DNA of 64,000 nucleotides from Mobula hypostoma (lineage: Eukaryota): contig NC_086097.1 in the NCBI RefSeq assembly GCF_963921235.1, positions 119,476,001 through 119,540,000 of the forward strand, written 5' to 3'. Below are positions 62,617 through 64,000 of the stretch, piece by piece. The position numbers and the translations under genes are program-made. The stretch's first letter is position 1, and every line of letters begins with the position of its first letter. The notes under the pieces were generated by a model. The model was not told the DNA's origin. It saw only the letters and a list, made by a program, of their open reading frames with translations, and did not search any database.

Positions 62617-63109
62617 ATGGCAGCCTCCATCTCCAAGCACATGGCAGGAACAAAGACAATTGATCTGTCTGCTTTCACTGTCCTTGATCGACTCGAGTTC
62701 AACATTTTCTTCGATATTTTAAATCCACCTTGGCCAGCAAGATATTTTGTTCTTGCTTGCTGGAAAATGCAGACTGTGACAGGAATGTACAATGACAAAA
62801 CTTTGCTAAAAGGCCAATATGTAGCTGCGTCAGATTGAAAACTTGCAAATCTATATGCTAACTAATAGTGATTTTATGAAAAATTCACAGGATGCAAAGT
62901 ATAAATAACTGCACAGGTTTATGAGGGAAAAGGGCAAATCAATGATTTTGAAATCATAGATCTACACAAAACAAATACCATTGAATCATGGATGTTGATC
63001 CTCTTCCAGATAGGATTTCTCCAGTTTTAAATCTTTGACTTTATTCAAAGTTAAGGTTTAAGGATGTTCAATCAACGAGGATGTCAAATGTTATGGCAAT
63101 AAGCCCAAG

Positions 63110-63630
63110 AACAAGAACAAGCCCAGTCCATCACAGGAAAAGCCTCCTCTATATGGAGCACATCTACAACAAGCATTGTCCCAAGAAACCATCATCCATC
63201 ATTAAGGACACTCACCATCCAGCCCATGCTCTATTTTCACTGCTGCCATCAGGAGAAGGTACAGGAGTGTCAGTTCCCACAACACCAGATGTCGGAACAG
63301 TTATTACCCTTCAACTATAAGGCTCCTGAACCAGCATGGATAATTTCATTCACGTCATCATTGAACTGACTCCACAGCCTACAGATTCACTTGCAATTAC
63401 TCATATTCTCAGTATTATGTATTTACTGATTTGTTATTATTCTTATTATTATTAGATTGTTTGTATTTGCAGTTTGTCTTCTTTTGCACATTGGTCAGTC
63501 TTTCTTTGTGTGTAGTTTTTCATTGACTTTATTATATTTCTTTGTTCTACTGTGAATACCACAAGAAAATGAATCTCAAGGTAGTATATGGTGGCATATA
63601 CATACATTGATTAAAAATTGCTTTGGACTA
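63110..63630 (+). mobile_element. Rex1/Babar 3' fragment
   Basis: SSIIKDTHHPAHALFSLLPSG plus the 3' UTR seen repeatedly in the window. Confidence 0.8.
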
Positions 63631-64000
63631 ATGTTTGTCATGGCATTTACAGGATGTAGGGTATAAAGAACTGCACAGGTTTTTGAGAGAAGAGCTCAGA
63701 GTAATGATGGGAAATTGTAGTTCTGCAAAAAGAAAGTAGTAATGGAAGATGCATGAACGTTGAGCCGCTTCTGGATAGGAATTCTCCTAAACTTTGAATC
63801 TTCGACTTTATTCAGAATTAAGATGGATGGATGTTCAATCAGAGAGGATATCAAGAGTTATGTGAACAAGATATGAATGTAGATTTGAGGAAGGTGTCAT
63901 TAGTCATTATTTTATTGATTGGTAGAACAGATTCAAGAGGCCAAGTTGCCTGTTCTGGTTTTCATTTTGCATTTTTATTGACAGGAGAACTGTTTGAAAG

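Larger units (their letters stand above)
158..62759 (-). pseudogene. Large decayed multi-exon host gene of unknown identity (about 15 pseudo-exons; extends beyond the window)
   Basis: AG/GT-bounded minus-strand segments, with entry>exit phases: 62759-62314 (1>2), 62236-59206 (2>1), 59136-58918 (1>1), 56418-56246 (1>0, acceptor CAT), 55683-~55600 (0>?), 44545-44383 (2>0), 44247-44038 (0>0), 33560-33448 (0>2), 31414-31225 (2>0), 31135-31084 (0>1), 30948-16741 (1>2, split by BEL), 10714-10656 (2>1, acceptor GG), 10529-10394 (1>2), 4825-3904 (2>, probable internal frameshift), 364-158 (1>1). Every exon carries in-frame stops. Confidence 0.8.
58918..62759 (-). pseudogene. Three pseudo-exons (62759-62314, 62236-59206, 59136-58918); the first two are interrupted by young CR1 copies
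   Basis: Introns of 77 and 69 nt with GT/AG; joined frame ...CHVLGDGGCHFVR*...CF|RFVNVGVGVCLK*FEL...LECNF*I|GKNSYTKVWD*NGSNIWPTEIPYF. Confidence 0.72.

Noticed and set aside
158..62759. Many in-frame TGA codons read as selenocysteine or a recoded genetic code
   Set aside because: TAA and TAG stops, mutated acceptors and TE insertions inside exons indicate ordinary decay, including CGA>TGA changes.

Overview
Repeat-dense vertebrate DNA, probably from a cartilaginous fish such as a ray. This is inferred from HER1-like CR1 LINEs with (CATAGAAA)n tails, HE1-like SINEs, Rex1/Babar, RTE and Penelope fragments. I found no intact host gene. Removing nested transposons by eye, using their target-site duplications (TSDs), exposes three hidden layers. 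(1) A dead multi-exon gene on the minus strand runs across the window: about 15 exons between 62759 and 158, with mostly matching splice phases and many stops; I do not recognise the protein. (2) A decayed endogenous bornavirus-like element on the plus strand lies in one of its introns: a glycoprotein G relic (37505-40624, four pieces) overlapping a matrix M relic (40614-~40880). G-before-M is the order of carbo-, culter- and cartiloviruses. (3) An ancient BEL/Pao LTR retrotransposon (16747-30529) splits one exon and hosts nested insertions, including a young, internally deleted Gmr1-like Gypsy. Also present are an RT-less Gypsy derivative, solo LTRs, a near full-length CR1, five young copies of one CR1 subfamily, Penelope ends with degenerate hammerhead-ribozyme motifs, and an 89-bp templated insertion. 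All protein similarities are by-eye comparisons with remembered sequences; no database search was run.
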